Source: Eledone cirrhosa
Lineage: Eukaryota
NCBI GenBank assembly: GCA_964016885.1
Contig: OZ024749.1
Coordinates: forward strand, 33,480,001 to 33,544,000
Direction: 5' to 3'
Length of the DNA stretch: 64,000 bases
Shown here: positions 44,578 through 57,840 of the stretch, piece by piece
How the letters are laid out: every line of letters starts with the position of its first letter
Position numbering within the stretch: the stretch's first letter is position 1
Made by a program: the position numbers and the translations under genes
The notes under the pieces: model-generated
What the model was told of the DNA's origin: nothing
What the model saw: the letters and a program-made list of their open reading frames with translations, nothing else
The model's database searches: none

Positions 44578-44913
44578 CCTTAGAAGACCCACAGGTAGAC
44601 CACGAACAAGATGGTTGAATAACATCCAGTACCTCATTCGGTTTCGCTTGACTCAACGTTTTTTCTCCCTCTTCTCCCTTTGTTTGGTTTTTCTTGTTTT
44701 TCATTTCATTAACATTTCCTTTCTCTCTTGAAAACAATATTATCTTCTTTCTCTGCTTTCATTTATGATGAAAGACAAGTGCCCGAAACCTTAATACTCT
44801 TCTATTATTATTTGTTTTAAGGGTTAAACTGGTATCCCATTGTTGTGATGTGTTGTTCTCCGTCGTTTTGGTCTTCATTTTAAAAACAAATTCTATTCTC
44901 TCTCTGTCTATCT

Positions 44914-44970
<57 letters not shown>

Positions 44971-45072
44971 TCCCCCCTCTCTCTCTCTCGCTCGCTCTCT
45001 CTCTCTATATATATATATATACTAACATATATATACTAACATGCTAAGTGGACGCTAAAATGATGATGATAA

Positions 45073-45111
<39 letters not shown>

Positions 45112-45590
45112 TGCTCATTAGTGTTTGCTATAAAATCACAGCATTTCTGTTCAAAGGTAAATCCGATAACACTACCACCATTACCAACTACCAAAACATC
45201 AAAACAGCAAAACACCAAAATACTAAAATACCAAAATACTAAAAAACCACAAAATACCAAAATTACCAAAAACACCAAAACCGTAAAATACTAAAATAGT
45301 AAAAATAGTAAAATAGATGTTAGGTGTTTCTATCTTGTGATTCTAAATAGTATTTGGGTGTAATGAATAATGTCGTTCTGACATTTTTAACAACATTGAC
45401 GTAGGCAGCTGTGAAAAACCTGCACAGGAAAATTCAGTATATGTTCGCATAATTAAGCGTTCTAGGAACATATTTTTAGAGTTTCATATCTATGGAAGAA
45501 CTGACAAATCAGTGTATATGTCTATGTATATGTCTATGTATATATATATATATTTATATATATATATATGTGTGTGTGTGTGGCTATGTA

Positions 45591-45626
<36 letters not shown>

Positions 45627-45661
45627 CTTATATATATGTGTATATATAAATAAATAAATAT

Positions 45662-45919
45662 ATACACTCACTGTTTGGTTGGTTTTCGGTTCTCGCTGTC
45701 TTTTATATCTGCGATCTAACTTATATATGTGTTTGTGTCTATATTGTATCTGTATTATTTTTGACCGTCGGTCAGTCAATGGCAACATTGAGGACCGAGT
45801 AAGTTAGATCGCAGATATAAAAGACAGCGAGAAGCGAAAACCAACCAAACAGTGAGTGTGTTCTGTTATTAATTCTGGCAATATTACACAAATATGACCC
45901 TCCCCAAGTATAACAATAA

Positions 45920-45920
<1 letters not shown>
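45662..45920. mobile_element. Fold-back element, no clear ribozyme core
   Basis: About 60-bp inverted arms (cactcactgtttggttgg...gatctaactta / taagttagatc...ccaaacagtgagtg) plus a one-sided tail, (TA)n flanks. Confidence 0.55.
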
Positions 45921-45950
<30 letters not shown>

Positions 45951-46041
45951 TGTATGTATTTCTATATGTATATGTATATGTATATATATATGTGTATATA
46001 TATATTATATATATGTATATATATATATGTGTGTGTATATA

Positions 46042-46142
<101 letters not shown>

Positions 46143-46388
46143 ATTTATATATGTATATGTATAATTTAAATGCATATGTATTTGTATATGTATATATGGT
46201 TGTGGGTTTTGTTTGTTTGTGTCTGTAAATGGCATATGGGTGGTTTATGTGTTTATTTGATTGTTGTGTGCATAAATACATACATACATATGTATGTTTG
46301 TATGTACGTACGTATGTATGTATCTACGTATACATGTATGTATGTATGTATCTACGTATACATGTATGTATACATGTATACATGTATG

Positions 46389-46802
46389 CCCGGGAGAGAT
46401 GACCCCTTAGCCTTTGTCAAGGCAGAATTCTAGGAGAAGGAAAACTCTGATATAACACCTGCAACCCTGATGGTATCCAATGATGTTGACTTGTTCTTCT
46501 TTTTGGTAAATATCATCTTGGTTAAGAGAGTGGGACTGGCTTTGTGCAGTGCCTTTGCTCACTATAAAAGCTTCACAGAACAGGCATTGCTTTATATCTG
46601 GAGATCTCCCTGCACTTGTCGTCACATGATACCATGGGCCCAGCACTATGTGTCAATAATTGTCACAAGTGTAGTGTTTGTACCAGAGTTTTCAAGTCGC
46701 TGGCTGGACTAAAAAGTCACACTCGTTCAGCGCATCGGTGGGGGTTCTCCTTCATGGATATAAAGTAGTGGCCGTACTCGAAAACGAGTTGGCAGCCACC
46801 AT
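46389..46802 (+). mobile_element. Second, 5'-truncated copy of the RTE-derived non-autonomous element
   Basis: Co-linear with 27345-27757 with few substitutions. Embedded in (TATG)-type repeats. Confidence 0.8.
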
Positions 46803-47636
46803 ACATGTATGTATGTATCTATGTATACATATATGTAAGTATGTATGTACGTATGTATGTATCTACGTATACATGTATGTATGTATGTATATACGTATAC
46901 ATGTATGTAAGTATGTATGTACGTATGTATCTACGTATACATGTATTTAAGTATGTATGTACGTATGTATGTATCTACGTATACATATATGTAAGTATGT
47001 ATGTACGTATGTATGTATCTACGTATACATGTATGTAAGTATGTATGTACGTATGTATGTATCTACGTATACATGTATGTAAGTATGTACGTACGTATGT
47101 ATGTATCTACGTATACATGTATGTATGTATCTACGTATACATGTATGTAAGTATGTATGTACGTATGTATGTATCTACGTATACATGTATGTATGTATGT
47201 ATGTACTTATACATGTATGTAAGTATGTACGTATGTATGTAAGTATGTACGTATGTATGTATGTATGTATGTACGTATGTATGTATCTACGTATACATGT
47301 ATGTAAGTATGTATGTACGTATGTATGTATCTACGTATACATGTATGTATGTATGTATGTATGTATGTATGTATGTATGTATGTATCTACTTATACATGT
47401 ATGTATTTATGTATTTATGTATGTACGTACGTATGTATATATGTACATACGTACGTATGTATGTGTATGTATATAAGTATGTATGTCAGGCTAATTTTGA
47501 ATCACTGTTCTTCTCCACTTATTATATTCACTTGACACTACCTTTATTCGTCTCTCTCCCTACCACTCTTTATTTCTCCAGCTTTCTGTATATGGAAATA
47601 CACACACACACACACACCCACACCCACACACACACG

Positions 47637-47670
<34 letters not shown>

Positions 47671-47672
<2 letters not shown>

Positions 47673-47875
47673 GGTATGAGTGGGACCCCGACGGCTGAGC
47701 TCAAGCCGTTTCGACGGCTAATTCTGGATTATTTTTTTAGTCCAGAATTAGCCGTCGAAACGGCTTGAGCTCAGCCGTCGGGCACCTACTCGTTCCTATT
47801 ACCCACTCTACTACCCTAAGTATTGAGTACATTGGTGCGTTATGGTCCATCTGGTTCCTTACCACATTTCCTTCG

Positions 47876-47878
<3 letters not shown>
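47671..47878 (+). mobile_element. Family A hairpin element
   Basis: Inverted arms plus tail in (TA)n. Confidence 0.85.
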
Positions 47879-47926
<48 letters not shown>

Positions 47927-47931
47927 ATATA

Positions 47932-48036
47932 CAGGGTGCCTCCAAAAATGTATACATACTTTGATTACCTCTACAGGCAATATTTATTTAGAATGCTGTT
48001 GAATGAAGTGTGTATACATTGTTTTGGGACTCGCTA
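47932..48036. mobile_element. Tc1/mariner-type MITE, diverged second copy
   Basis: Homologous to 41486-41591 with degenerate TIRs. Confidence 0.7.
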
Positions 48037-48694
48037 TATATATACACATATATATATAGTATCAGCAGAAAAGGCGCACAGGGACGCAACTACATAAGAC
48101 TACAAGACAACCCCACTCTAACCCTATCTCGTCAACCAGCTTATGGCGGTAAATATGGCAGAATCATTTGAGGAAGTAGCAGCACATTTTTGCCGTAAAA
48201 TGGTATTTAAATCCCACACTTCAGTGTTAGGTGACACACAAGTCTTGGGTTGACTCGAGGCTATAGTGAAATTATATTGAACCAAGATTTCATGCAGTAG
48301 GTATCGTACCTGGTACATCATGATGGTGAAGCTAACATTTTAATCAGTCATCCACGCTGCGTTCATAATCTTTACTATTAGACTTGCTATGAGTTAAACT
48401 TAATACAATCTGTGTCCATAGCAATAAATATGCAGCCATTTTCAGCTAGACTAGGTTTTACAAGCTTTTGTTGTCATAAGATGTGTGTGTATTTAAAACA
48501 GTAAAAATAGCCGTGTAACTTCCACTCCGTTGTGTATGTATGTATGTATGTATGTATGTATGTATGTATGTATGTATGTATGTATGTATGTATGTATGTA
48601 TGTTCTTCTGGTTATTTAATTTCACAAATTTCACAAAAAAAAAAAAAGGAGAAAAAAAAGAAGGGAAAAAAAAAACAAAAAAACTCAAAATAAC

Positions 48695-48729
<35 letters not shown>

Positions 48730-49169
48730 CAGAACAACAACATCAACTGCCACCACCACCACCACCGCCACCGCCGTCGCCATCACCATCACCAGCGACC
48801 TGGCCTTAAGAACAACTTTAATAATAATTTTTCTGCTTTTGGCACGGATCCAGCGACTGGCCAGCGCATCACTGGTACTCTCTTTTGTTGACTCCGTGGA
48901 GAGCCATAACTCTATGCTGTAAAGCAATTATAGTAATACTGGACTGTAATACGATCGGCTTCAACTATACAAACTCTTGAAAGTCAACAGTTGACATAAT
49001 CTGGTAATCTTGTATCAGTAATGACGGTAATATATATATATATATGTGTGTGTGTGCGTGTAAGTGAGTAGAGTAGCGTGTGTGTGTGTTTGTTGTGTGT
49101 GTGAGTGTTGCTGTGTGCACGCATATGTATGCGTGTGTGTGTATGTCGTACGTATAAGTGTCAATAAGT

Positions 49170-49202
<33 letters not shown>

Positions 49203-49204
<2 letters not shown>

Positions 49205-49505
49205 GCGGGGACATAGAAATAATCGGGCTGGATGCCCGATCGCGCAGTTAAACCACTGGGAGTGAAGAACCCCTAGCCCATGTCAGGGTATTCTTCTAGG
49301 AGAAGGCATCTCAGGAAACTGGGTTAACTCCGATATAAAACCTGCGGCTCAGTAGTTACCGATGATGTTGATCTTTTCTTCTTTTCGGGTTATAGCTACT
49401 GTCGCTCAGAGAGTGGGATTGGTTCAGTGCACAGTCTTTCCTCACTTTAAAAATATTCGTCACGCACAGGCATTGCACGAGTGCATTAATAATTATTAAT
49501 AGTGT

Positions 49506-49540
<35 letters not shown>

Positions 49541-52500
49541 TATTATTACTTTTTTTTTTTTTTTTTTTTTTTTTTCCAATTCAATGATGTTCCAGAACAA
49601 TGTAAACGAGATAATTGCCAATTTGGGTTCTGGAACAAAAAAGATCATTGGCAATAAGGGCAGGGGCCCCAAGTTATCACAACCTGGGCCCGCCCGTCAT
49701 CGTGCCATTGTAATAGAGCCAAACAGGGCATTTAGTCTTGGCTGCTGGAACGTACGGACGCTGCTTGACGGGGATTCTTTGGAGCGTCCTGAACGAAGGA
49801 CCGCTCTTGTTGCGAAGGAGCTTCGACGTTACGATCTTGACATCGTGGCTTTGTCTGAGACGAGGTTAGCTGGAGATGGTCATCTTACGGAATTTTGTGG
49901 AGAATATACATTCTTCTGGAAAGGAAGAGATGAAGGAACCAGAAGAGAGGCTGGGGTAGGATTTGCTGTTAAGACTGTACTGGTGAATAAATTGGAAGAA
50001 TTCCCAGTGGGGATTAGTGAGCGTCTTATGTCCATGAGAGTTCCGCTGGACAAGGGAAGATATGCTACCCTGGTGAGTGTGTATGCTCCAACTATGAATT
50101 CTGTCGATGAAGAAAAACTGTCCTTTTACCATGCCTTGAAAGGTGTTTTAAGAAATATCCCTCAGGCAGACAAAGTCATCGTGCTTGGTGACTTTAATGC
50201 TAGAGTGGGTAGGGATTTTAACACATGGAATGTAATCGGAAGGCATGGGGTGGGAAAGTGTAACAGCAATGGTATGCTCTTGCTGCAGATGTGTGAGGAG
50301 CTGGATCTGTGTGTTACCAACACCATGTTCCAACAAAAGAACAAATTCAAGACCACATGGATGCATCCTGCATCTAAGGAATGGCATCTTTTGGACTACG
50401 TCCTAGTCAGGATGCGTGACAGACAGGATGTGCGGTGTGTTCGTGTTCTTCGTGGAGCTGAGTGCTGGACGGACCACCGCCTGGTACGCGCAAAAGTGAA
50501 TCTAATCACCAAACGTAAAATCCGGGCTCCTGGTGTTGCCCTGCCCAAAAGATTGAATGCTGCTCGTCTTAAGGATAAAAATGTGAAGAGGACATTGGAA
50601 GAAGAGATGCAGGCTGCAGATCTTGGTGAGGATTGGCCGACCCTTAAAAAGTCGGTTTATGATGTAGGCAGACGTGTTCTGGGATTGGTGCAGAGAAAAC
50701 ATCAGGACTGGTTTAATGAGAAAGATGTGCATATAGATGACTTGTTGGCTGATAAGAGGCGCGCTCTGTCACGCTACTTGACGGCAAGACCACAGGAGAG
50801 GAATACGTTGCATGAGGAGCTCAGGGATGTAAAATCACGTGTTAGGCGGAGTCTTTCTCAGATGAAGGATCAGTGGTGGAGTGAGAAGGCTGGTGAGATA
50901 CAAACTGCGTCTGATTGCAATAACACAAAGCTGTTGTACAGTCTCTTGCGTGAGGTTTATGGACCGTCTTCTTCTCTGGTGACACCGATTCGCAGCAGGG
51001 ATGGCAAAGAACTTCTTCGTGACTCACAGGGAATTCTACGAAGGTGGCGGGAGCACTTTGATGATCTTTTGAATCAGCCGTCTGTCGTCAGTGAAGATTT
51101 CCTCAATCTCATTCCGGAAAGTCCTGTGAAAGTAGCTCTCGCAGAGCCTCCGACACTTGTGGAGGTTGCAGTGGCTATTTCGAAGCTGAACAGTGGAAGA
51201 TCTCCAGGTATGGATGGCATACATGCTGAGCTCCTACAATATGGTGGTGAGAGACTCCTGCAACATCTTCACTCTCTGTTTGGAAGGATATGGGCTAATG
51301 AATCCGTGCCTGAGGACTGGAGAGATGCAGTAATGGTGGTCTTGTACAAGGGAAAGGGTAACAGGAATGATTGTGGGAACTACAGAGGTATATCATTGCT
51401 TTCTGTCGTGGGGAAAGTTTTATGTAGGGTGCTTCTAGACCGTCTGCTGACACACATTGCAGATTGTGTCCTTCCTGAAAGTCAATCTGGTTTTCGTGTT
51501 GGACGCGGCACTACTGATATGATCTTCTCAGCTAGACAGCTCCAGGAGAAGTGCATTGAACAGGGCTTGGATCTGTATCAGGTTTTTGTCGATCTGACAA
51601 AGGCTTTCGATACTGTCAACAGAGATGCATTATGGAAGGTTCTCCAGAAACTTGGTTGCCCTGATAAGTTCCTTGCTTTAGTTAGGTCTTTCCATGACGA
51701 CATGAAGGCTTGGGTTAATGTCGGAGGTAACATGTCGGAGCCTATCTCAGTAAAAAATGGAGTGAAACAGGGGGATATTCCAGCACCGACCCTGTTTGCC
51801 ATATACTTTGCAATGGTTTTCTGTATTGCATTCAGGAATTGCGAGCATGGTGTTTACATCCGATATCGAACCTCAGGCAGCATATTTAACATCAGGCGCT
51901 TTGCTGCGAAGACAAAAGTATTTACATCAGTCATAAGAGACCTCTTGTATGCAGATGATTGCGATCTTGTAGCGCACACAGAGAGTGATATGCAGCACAT
52001 TTTGAATGTATTTTCTGACGCTTGCACTGCCCTGGGTTTGACTGTCAGTCTCAAGAAAACCGTCGTCATGTACCAACCTGCACCTGGTAGGCAGTACACT
52101 GAACCAAACATCTATGTGTATGGCAAACGACTTGGAGTGGTTGATCAGTTTGTCTACCTGGGAAGCACTGTCAATCGATACGGCAACCTTGACGGTGAAA
52201 TCTCACTTAGGATTAGGAAAGCAAGTGATGCTTTCGGAAAGCTAGAAAGGCGACTCTGGGGTCGGCGAGACATATGCAGGAGGACAAAGGTAAAGGTGTA
52301 CAGGGCATGTGTACTCTCTTGTCTTCTTTATGCCTGCGAGACCTGGGTCACATATCGACGCCACCTTAAGCAATTGGAGCGTTTCCATCAGATGTGTCTC
52401 AGACGGATACATGGCGTTCGCTGGAGGGACCACATCAGTGATGTCGAGATTTTGGAAAGCTCTATGTGTGACAGTATAGAAGCTCTTGTGCTTAAGCAGC

Positions 52501-53137
52501 GACTCCGTTGGAGTGGTCACCTTGCCAGGATGAAGGATTCTAGAATACCAAAACAACTCTTCTATGGAGAGTTGGTTAAAGGAAAACGACCGCCACATAA
52601 ACCAAAAAAGAGGTATAAGGATTCCTTGAAGGCCTCTCTGAAAGACGCTAACATCTCTGCTGATACATGGGAAAATATTGCTGCTGATCGTAATAAATGG
52701 AGAAAGACTGTATATGAGGGAAAAGTTGCCTTTGAGGCATCTCGAATCGCACACGAGAAAGTAAAGCGGGACGTGAGGAAGGGTATTGCTGTTGCACTTC
52801 CAGACGGCGAGGGTCCTCCTATGTTTCTGGCATGCGGCGTCTGTGCGAGACTCTGCCTAAGCAAAGCTGGACTCGAAAGTCATCTTCGCAGTCATAAAGT
52901 AAGACCAGTGGTTGACTACCAGGCTGCTGTTGGAGATGCTACTCATCATGCTTGCCAAACATGTGGTAGAGAATGTAAATCAGCAGGAGGACTCAAGCGA
53001 CATGCAAAAGTACACGAACTCCAACCACAGCCGACTATTCCCAGTAAGTGTTTTGGTTGCCGACTCTGTGCAAGACATTTTGGATCATTGGCTGGGCTAA
53101 AAAGCCACATTCGATCGCAGCACTGTTAGTTGCTATC

Positions 53138-53175
<38 letters not shown>

Positions 53176-53254
53176 GCTTATGTGCGTGCGTGTGTGTGTA
53201 TATATATATGAATATGTATATTATTATTGTTGTTGTCGTTATTATTATTATTGC

Positions 53255-53345
<91 letters not shown>

Positions 53346-53415
53346 TGTGCAATGGCCATACTCGATAACGAGGGGGCAGCCATCATGTATGTATGTATGT
53401 ATGTATGTATGTATG
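49203..53415 (+). mobile_element. Near full-length RTE LINE (5'UTR, ORF, 3'UTR, (TATG)n tail)
   Basis: 5'UTR (ctaggagaagg...cgatgatgttga...gagagtggga...cacaggcattgc) is shared with non-autonomous copies at 27149, 46389, 26255 and 18085. The 3' end gcagccatc(atgt)n is also shared. Confidence 0.85.
49584..53129 (+). CDS. Intact RTE-clade (BovB-like) non-LTR retrotransposon ORF: APE endonuclease, reverse transcriptase, three C2H2 zinc fingers
   Basis: 1181-aa open frame. APE motifs WNVRTL, LSETR, VYAPT, GDFNAR, LDYVL, TDH. RT motifs NYRGISLLS, QSGFR, FVDLTKAFD, GVKQG, YADD, YLGS. RTE-type LLYACETW and RLRWSGH. C-terminal CxxC-x12-HxxxH fingers. Confidence 0.97.
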   Translation: MMFQNNVNEIIANLGSGTKKIIGNKGRGPKLSQPGPARHRAIVIEPNRAFSLGCWNVRTLLDGDSLERPERRTALVAKELRRYDLDIVALSETRLAGDGHLTEFCGEYTFFWKGRDEGTRREAGVGFAVKTVLVNKLEEFPVGISERLMSMRVPLDKGRYATLVSVYAPTMNSVDEEKLSFYHALKGVLRNIPQADKVIVLGDFNARVGRDFNTWNVIGRHGVGKCNSNGMLLLQMCEELDLCVTNTMFQQKNKFKTTWMHPASKEWHLLDYVLVRMRDRQDVRCVRVLRGAECWTDHRLVRAKVNLITKRKIRAPGVALPKRLNAARLKDKNVKRTLEEEMQAADLGEDWPTLKKSVYDVGRRVLGLVQRKHQDWFNEKDVHIDDLLADKRRALSRYLTARPQERNTLHEELRDVKSRVRRSLSQMKDQWWSEKAGEIQTASDCNNTKLLYSLLREVYGPSSSLVTPIRSRDGKELLRDSQGILRRWREHFDDLLNQPSVVSEDFLNLIPESPVKVALAEPPTLVEVAVAISKLNSGRSPGMDGIHAELLQYGGERLLQHLHSLFGRIWANESVPEDWRDAVMVVLYKGKGNRNDCGNYRGISLLSVVGKVLCRVLLDRLLTHIADCVLPESQSGFRVGRGTTDMIFSARQLQEKCIEQGLDLYQVFVDLTKAFDTVNRDALWKVLQKLGCPDKFLALVRSFHDDMKAWVNVGGNMSEPISVKNGVKQGDIPAPTLFAIYFAMVFCIAFRNCEHGVYIRYRTSGSIFNIRRFAAKTKVFTSVIRDLLYADDCDLVAHTESDMQHILNVFSDACTALGLTVSLKKTVVMYQPAPGRQYTEPNIYVYGKRLGVVDQFVYLGSTVNRYGNLDGEISLRIRKASDAFGKLERRLWGRRDICRRTKVKVYRACVLSCLLYACETWVTYRRHLKQLERFHQMCLRRIHGVRWRDHISDVEILESSMCDSIEALVLKQRLRWSGHLARMKDSRIPKQLFYGELVKGKRPPHKPKKRYKDSLKASLKDANISADTWENIAADRNKWRKTVYEGKVAFEASRIAHEKVKRDVRKGIAVALPDGEGPPMFLACGVCARLCLSKAGLESHLRSHKVRPVVDYQAAVGDATHHACQTCGRECKSAGGLKRHAKVHELQPQPTIPSKCFGCRLCARHFGSLAGLKSHIRSQHC

Positions 53416-54012
53416 TTCTTCTGGTTATTTAATTTCACAAATTTTTCCCCAATAGAGAGAGAGTCGTTTTCTAACATAGACACAAGACTCTCTCATTGGA
53501 ATTTACACAACATCAACTAGGTAGATTATATATGCATGCATGTGTAGATATGGATGTGTATGTTTTGAGTTGTATGTGTGCACGTGTATATGCAGTTATT
53601 AGATGCAAAATTTTTGGAATGTTTTACATATTTTTACTGTTCCATTAATGGATTGTACTTGTAATTTCCTAATGCATGTATGTATATATGTATGTATGTA
53701 CGTAAGTACGTGCGTTCGTACGTACGTACGCATACATGTATGTATATATGTATGTATGTACGTAAGTACGTGCGTTCGTACGTACGTACGCATACATGTA
53801 TGTATATATGTATATATATACTATGTATGTAAGGAGGTATGTATTATATATATATATACTAAAACCTGACAGACATCACTTTACAAGACACATACTGGAG
53901 ACATGTATAGCTACCAATTTCTCCCCTTCGACACACACACACACACATACAACCACACCCACGCCATCCCCCTCCTCCACCCTGCCCCTCCCCCAGCCTG
54001 GTCCTTTAAGCC

Positions 54013-54052
<40 letters not shown>

Positions 54053-54117
54053 TTAAATCCCCTTCCCTAATCTTCTCTCATTACTCTTACGTGTATCTGT
54101 TCTCTCCTTTTCCGAAC

Positions 54118-54153
54118 TTTTCTGAAGAAGGACTTCTGTTCGAAACGTTGAAA
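54118..54153 (+). ncRNA. Ultra-minimal hammerhead motif (GAAACGUH class)
   Basis: TTTT-CTGAAGA-A-GGAC(ttct)GTTC-GAAAC-GTT-GAAA. Confidence 0.72.
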
Positions 54154-54241
54154 CCTCCACCACTTCCACCAACCGTGAGCCTAATATAACTGTAAAAATT
54201 GCCTTCTGTGTTTTGTTAACTATATGTATATGTATATATAA

Positions 54242-54277
<36 letters not shown>

Positions 54278-54294
54278 ATGTATATATATATATA

Positions 54295-54393
<99 letters not shown>

Positions 54394-54439
54394 ATATATA
54401 TATATATATATACGTGTGTGTGTGTGTGTGTGTGTGTGA

Positions 54440-54718
54440 AGGTGCATGGCTTAGTGGTTAGAGCAGTAGGCTTGCAATCGAAAGGTTGTGAATTCAATTC
54501 TCGGACCGGGTGATGTGTTGTTTCCTTGAGCAAGACACTTTATTTCACGTTGGTCCAGTTTACTCAGCTGAAAATGAGTACCAGCAATAGCTGGAGGTTT
54601 AATCCTGCGATGGACTGGCGTCTTGTCCAGGGGGGGGGGGGGTCTTGTACTCTCAGTCGCTTCACATCATGAGCACCGGCCAAATGAGCCTTCTGGCTTA
54701 GACAGACTTTAGACTTTT
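54440..54718 (+). mobile_element. tRNA-derived SINE with CORE-like and V-like body
   Basis: tRNA-like head TGGCTTAGTGGTTAGAGC...ATTCAATTC, then TCCTTGAGCAAGACACTT and CCTGCGATGGACTGGCG..TGTCCAGGG. Related head at 36498-36612. Confidence 0.75.
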
Positions 54719-54732
54719 AGATATATATGTAT

Positions 54733-54818
<86 letters not shown>

Positions 54819-55125
54819 GCATGTATATATGTAAGTTTGACTGAGTGTTTGTGTACGAAGAAAAGTCAGATGAAAAAGAACAAAACAAAAGCTAAAACTA
54901 TAATAATTGCAAGAACGGCAACAACAACAGCAACAACAATAATAACAACAACAACAACAACAAAAACAACAGCAGCAATGACAACAAAAGTAACAACTAA
55001 AACGACAATAACGACTAGCAATCTTGTAATGGTAGATATAAGTTAAACGAAGCCTTTCGTTTCGTTTGTCTTAGACGATGTTTTCTGAGACTGTCAAAAC
55101 ATTTCACACATGCTAGAACATAAAC

Positions 55126-55160
<35 letters not shown>

Positions 55161-55168
55161 GTTTGGTT

Positions 55169-55219
<51 letters not shown>

Positions 55220-55473
55220 GTTTGGTTTGTATATATATATATATATATATATGCAAAAAGACCTAAGTAATTCTAATCCTAATATTAGTACAAAGGACAT
55301 TGCTACATTGCAATGTTAATCATTGTTACCGTGTATTACACAGTGAGAGCTACTACACTGTGTTACTACACCTTACTACACACATCACTGGGCAGCATCA
55401 GAAAAATTCAAAATATGCCACATTAACTTTACCGAGATTTGGGGAGTATGTTATTTCTATTACATACATATAC

Positions 55474-55564
<91 letters not shown>

Positions 55565-55594
55565 AATGTATATATATATATATATGTAAATGTA

Positions 55595-55640
<46 letters not shown>

Positions 55641-56964
55641 GTGCACCAACACCGTCAACGCCCCCCACTAACAGCAACACCACCGCAGCCCCTGCCACCA
55701 ACGTAGCCTCAGCTACAGCAAACCGCCATACATAGAGACATACGAATACAACAGAAGTTCTCTTTCTTTAGCTTTAGATATGCCACGATAAAAAAGACCT
55801 ATGATTAAAACTATACCTGCCATTATGTTTGGTGAAGGGGGACGACGTTATCGAATATATATCTTTCTATTTTTAACATTTTAAAAAGATTTTTGTCCAC
55901 CTGCCAGAATCGAAATCACGACCTTTAGATGAAAAGTTTGTTTCTCAGAAATGTTGAAATCCAAAGGGATATTTGTTGCATCGGGTAAAATACACAAAGG
56001 CAAAAGGTGGATTGCGCTCTTGCTCTTCATTTTTGGCTTTATGTCTTTCTTCTTAGCGCGTTTGTCTTTCTTCTGTACGATATTGTATTTTGCTATCATC
56101 ATTTTTTTCATAAAAACTTTCGATTTCATAAAAATGTTAAAACAATTTAAAACTCCACACAATGCTTATTAATTGGTATGAGACTTTTTTTCTTTCGCAC
56201 GCCATGGAAATGTTTTAGTGTTGATTAACGATCGAACAAACTGAATTTAAATCCTGAACAAGCATAAAAAGCTTTATTTGACATTCCTAGGTTTTATTTC
56301 TTTATATTCATTATATGTGCTTTTAAGTCAGTTAACAAACCTTATATTGTCACGATGCTTTCAAAGTTAACGCGAAATACAAATAATTTTCCATTTTCTG
56401 AATTAAATTTAAATTCAGTCAACCCTTAACTATAACATAAATTGAATGTGTGCGGACATTGTGTCAATAAGTTTTGTGAAAGGAACGTTTTATAAGATAT
56501 CAACAGTATTTTACTAAAACTTATTAACAACCTTTGAAACTAAGGGTGAAATCAAATTACATCCTGTTATCGTAAGAAAATAAAGACAATTTGAATAATG
56601 TAGTTTGAAGTATATCATGACTGGAAAAACGTGTTAAACTTTAATATTTGAGGTGAGACAGAAACCTCTCACTTTTTTTTCAAATTTTTATGGACTTTGA
56701 TTTATTTTAAAATCATTCACGATTACCGTCTGTCATCGTTTAGGAAGACATATGATTCCATCCCTGTAGAATTCTACTAACTTCGATACAAAGAATTCAC
56801 CTCTCGATGAAGAAACTTAAATTCTTCAAATATTGGTTATTCCAATATCTTGAAGTTCCTGATGTTGTATCTTGAGTTTCAGGAACGACGGTCGGGATAT
56901 TATATAAGTTAAAGCTGACTCTTTTTACTGATTTGGTTTGTATCTGCCCAAAATGAAATTTTGG

Positions 56965-57024
<60 letters not shown>

Positions 57025-57202
57025 TATATATGTTGATTTAAAACTTCACTGCTCACAAATGTTTTTTAAGCTTCATATCATGTCTCCCTATTTTATCTGA
57101 TGAGAACGCAGATATCATCCCATAATGATATTTGTTTTGATCTTATATTATATATATATATAACCCAAAATTTCATTATATATATATATATAAGCCCAAA
57201 AT

Positions 57203-57278
<76 letters not shown>

Positions 57279-57351
57279 ATATACATATATGTATATAGAG
57301 GATCTATATTGGTAAACCCCAATATAACCATGCATATACTATATATATATT

Positions 57352-57608
57352 AGAAAGTGAGGTTTTTACAAAATGAAAAAAACGAGGTGTCCTACACGAG
57401 TGAAAGTATAAGGAAAAATGATGAAATCGAAAATGCAACTGGAGTCATTTAAAAAAAAAAATATTTATTTGGTTCCTTTACCGGTTTCGCAGTCCTTGTG
57501 CTTTTCAAAAGTAGAATTGAGATGGAGGGCTTGTGGTTTTTAGGAACCAAATAAATATATTTTTTTAGAAAAAAGGCTCCAGCTGCATTTTCGATTTCAT
57601 CTTTTTTT

Positions 57609-57614
<6 letters not shown>
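57352..57614. mobile_element. Fold-back element with one hammerhead and a tail
   Basis: Diverged ~70-bp inverted arms (57407-57477 / 57542-57614), hammerhead next to the left arm, tail 57352-57406, (TA)n flanks. Confidence 0.65.
57476..57511 (-). ncRNA. Minimal hammerhead motif, U3-A8 variant
   Basis: Minus strand CTT-TTGAAAA-GCA(caaggac)TGC-GAAA-CCGG-TA-AAG. Confidence 0.75.
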
Positions 57615-57701
<87 letters not shown>

Positions 57702-57840
57702 TAGATAGATAAATATACACGGGTGTGTATGATTGTGTATAGAAGATTATATTAATAAGAGGAATTCCAACTTTGTCTGATTTACTCGTTTTATTTACAA
57801 TCCTTTAAAATTTATAATGGTATTATAATGAAATAGTATG

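Noticed and set aside
49866-52864. Antisense ORFs inside the LINE
   Set aside because: Short shadow frames of the real ORF with no domains.
57089-57160. Intact hammerhead
   Set aside because: The 5' half matches the TATTTTAT-CTGATGA family but GAAA and stem I' are lost. Counted only as degenerate.
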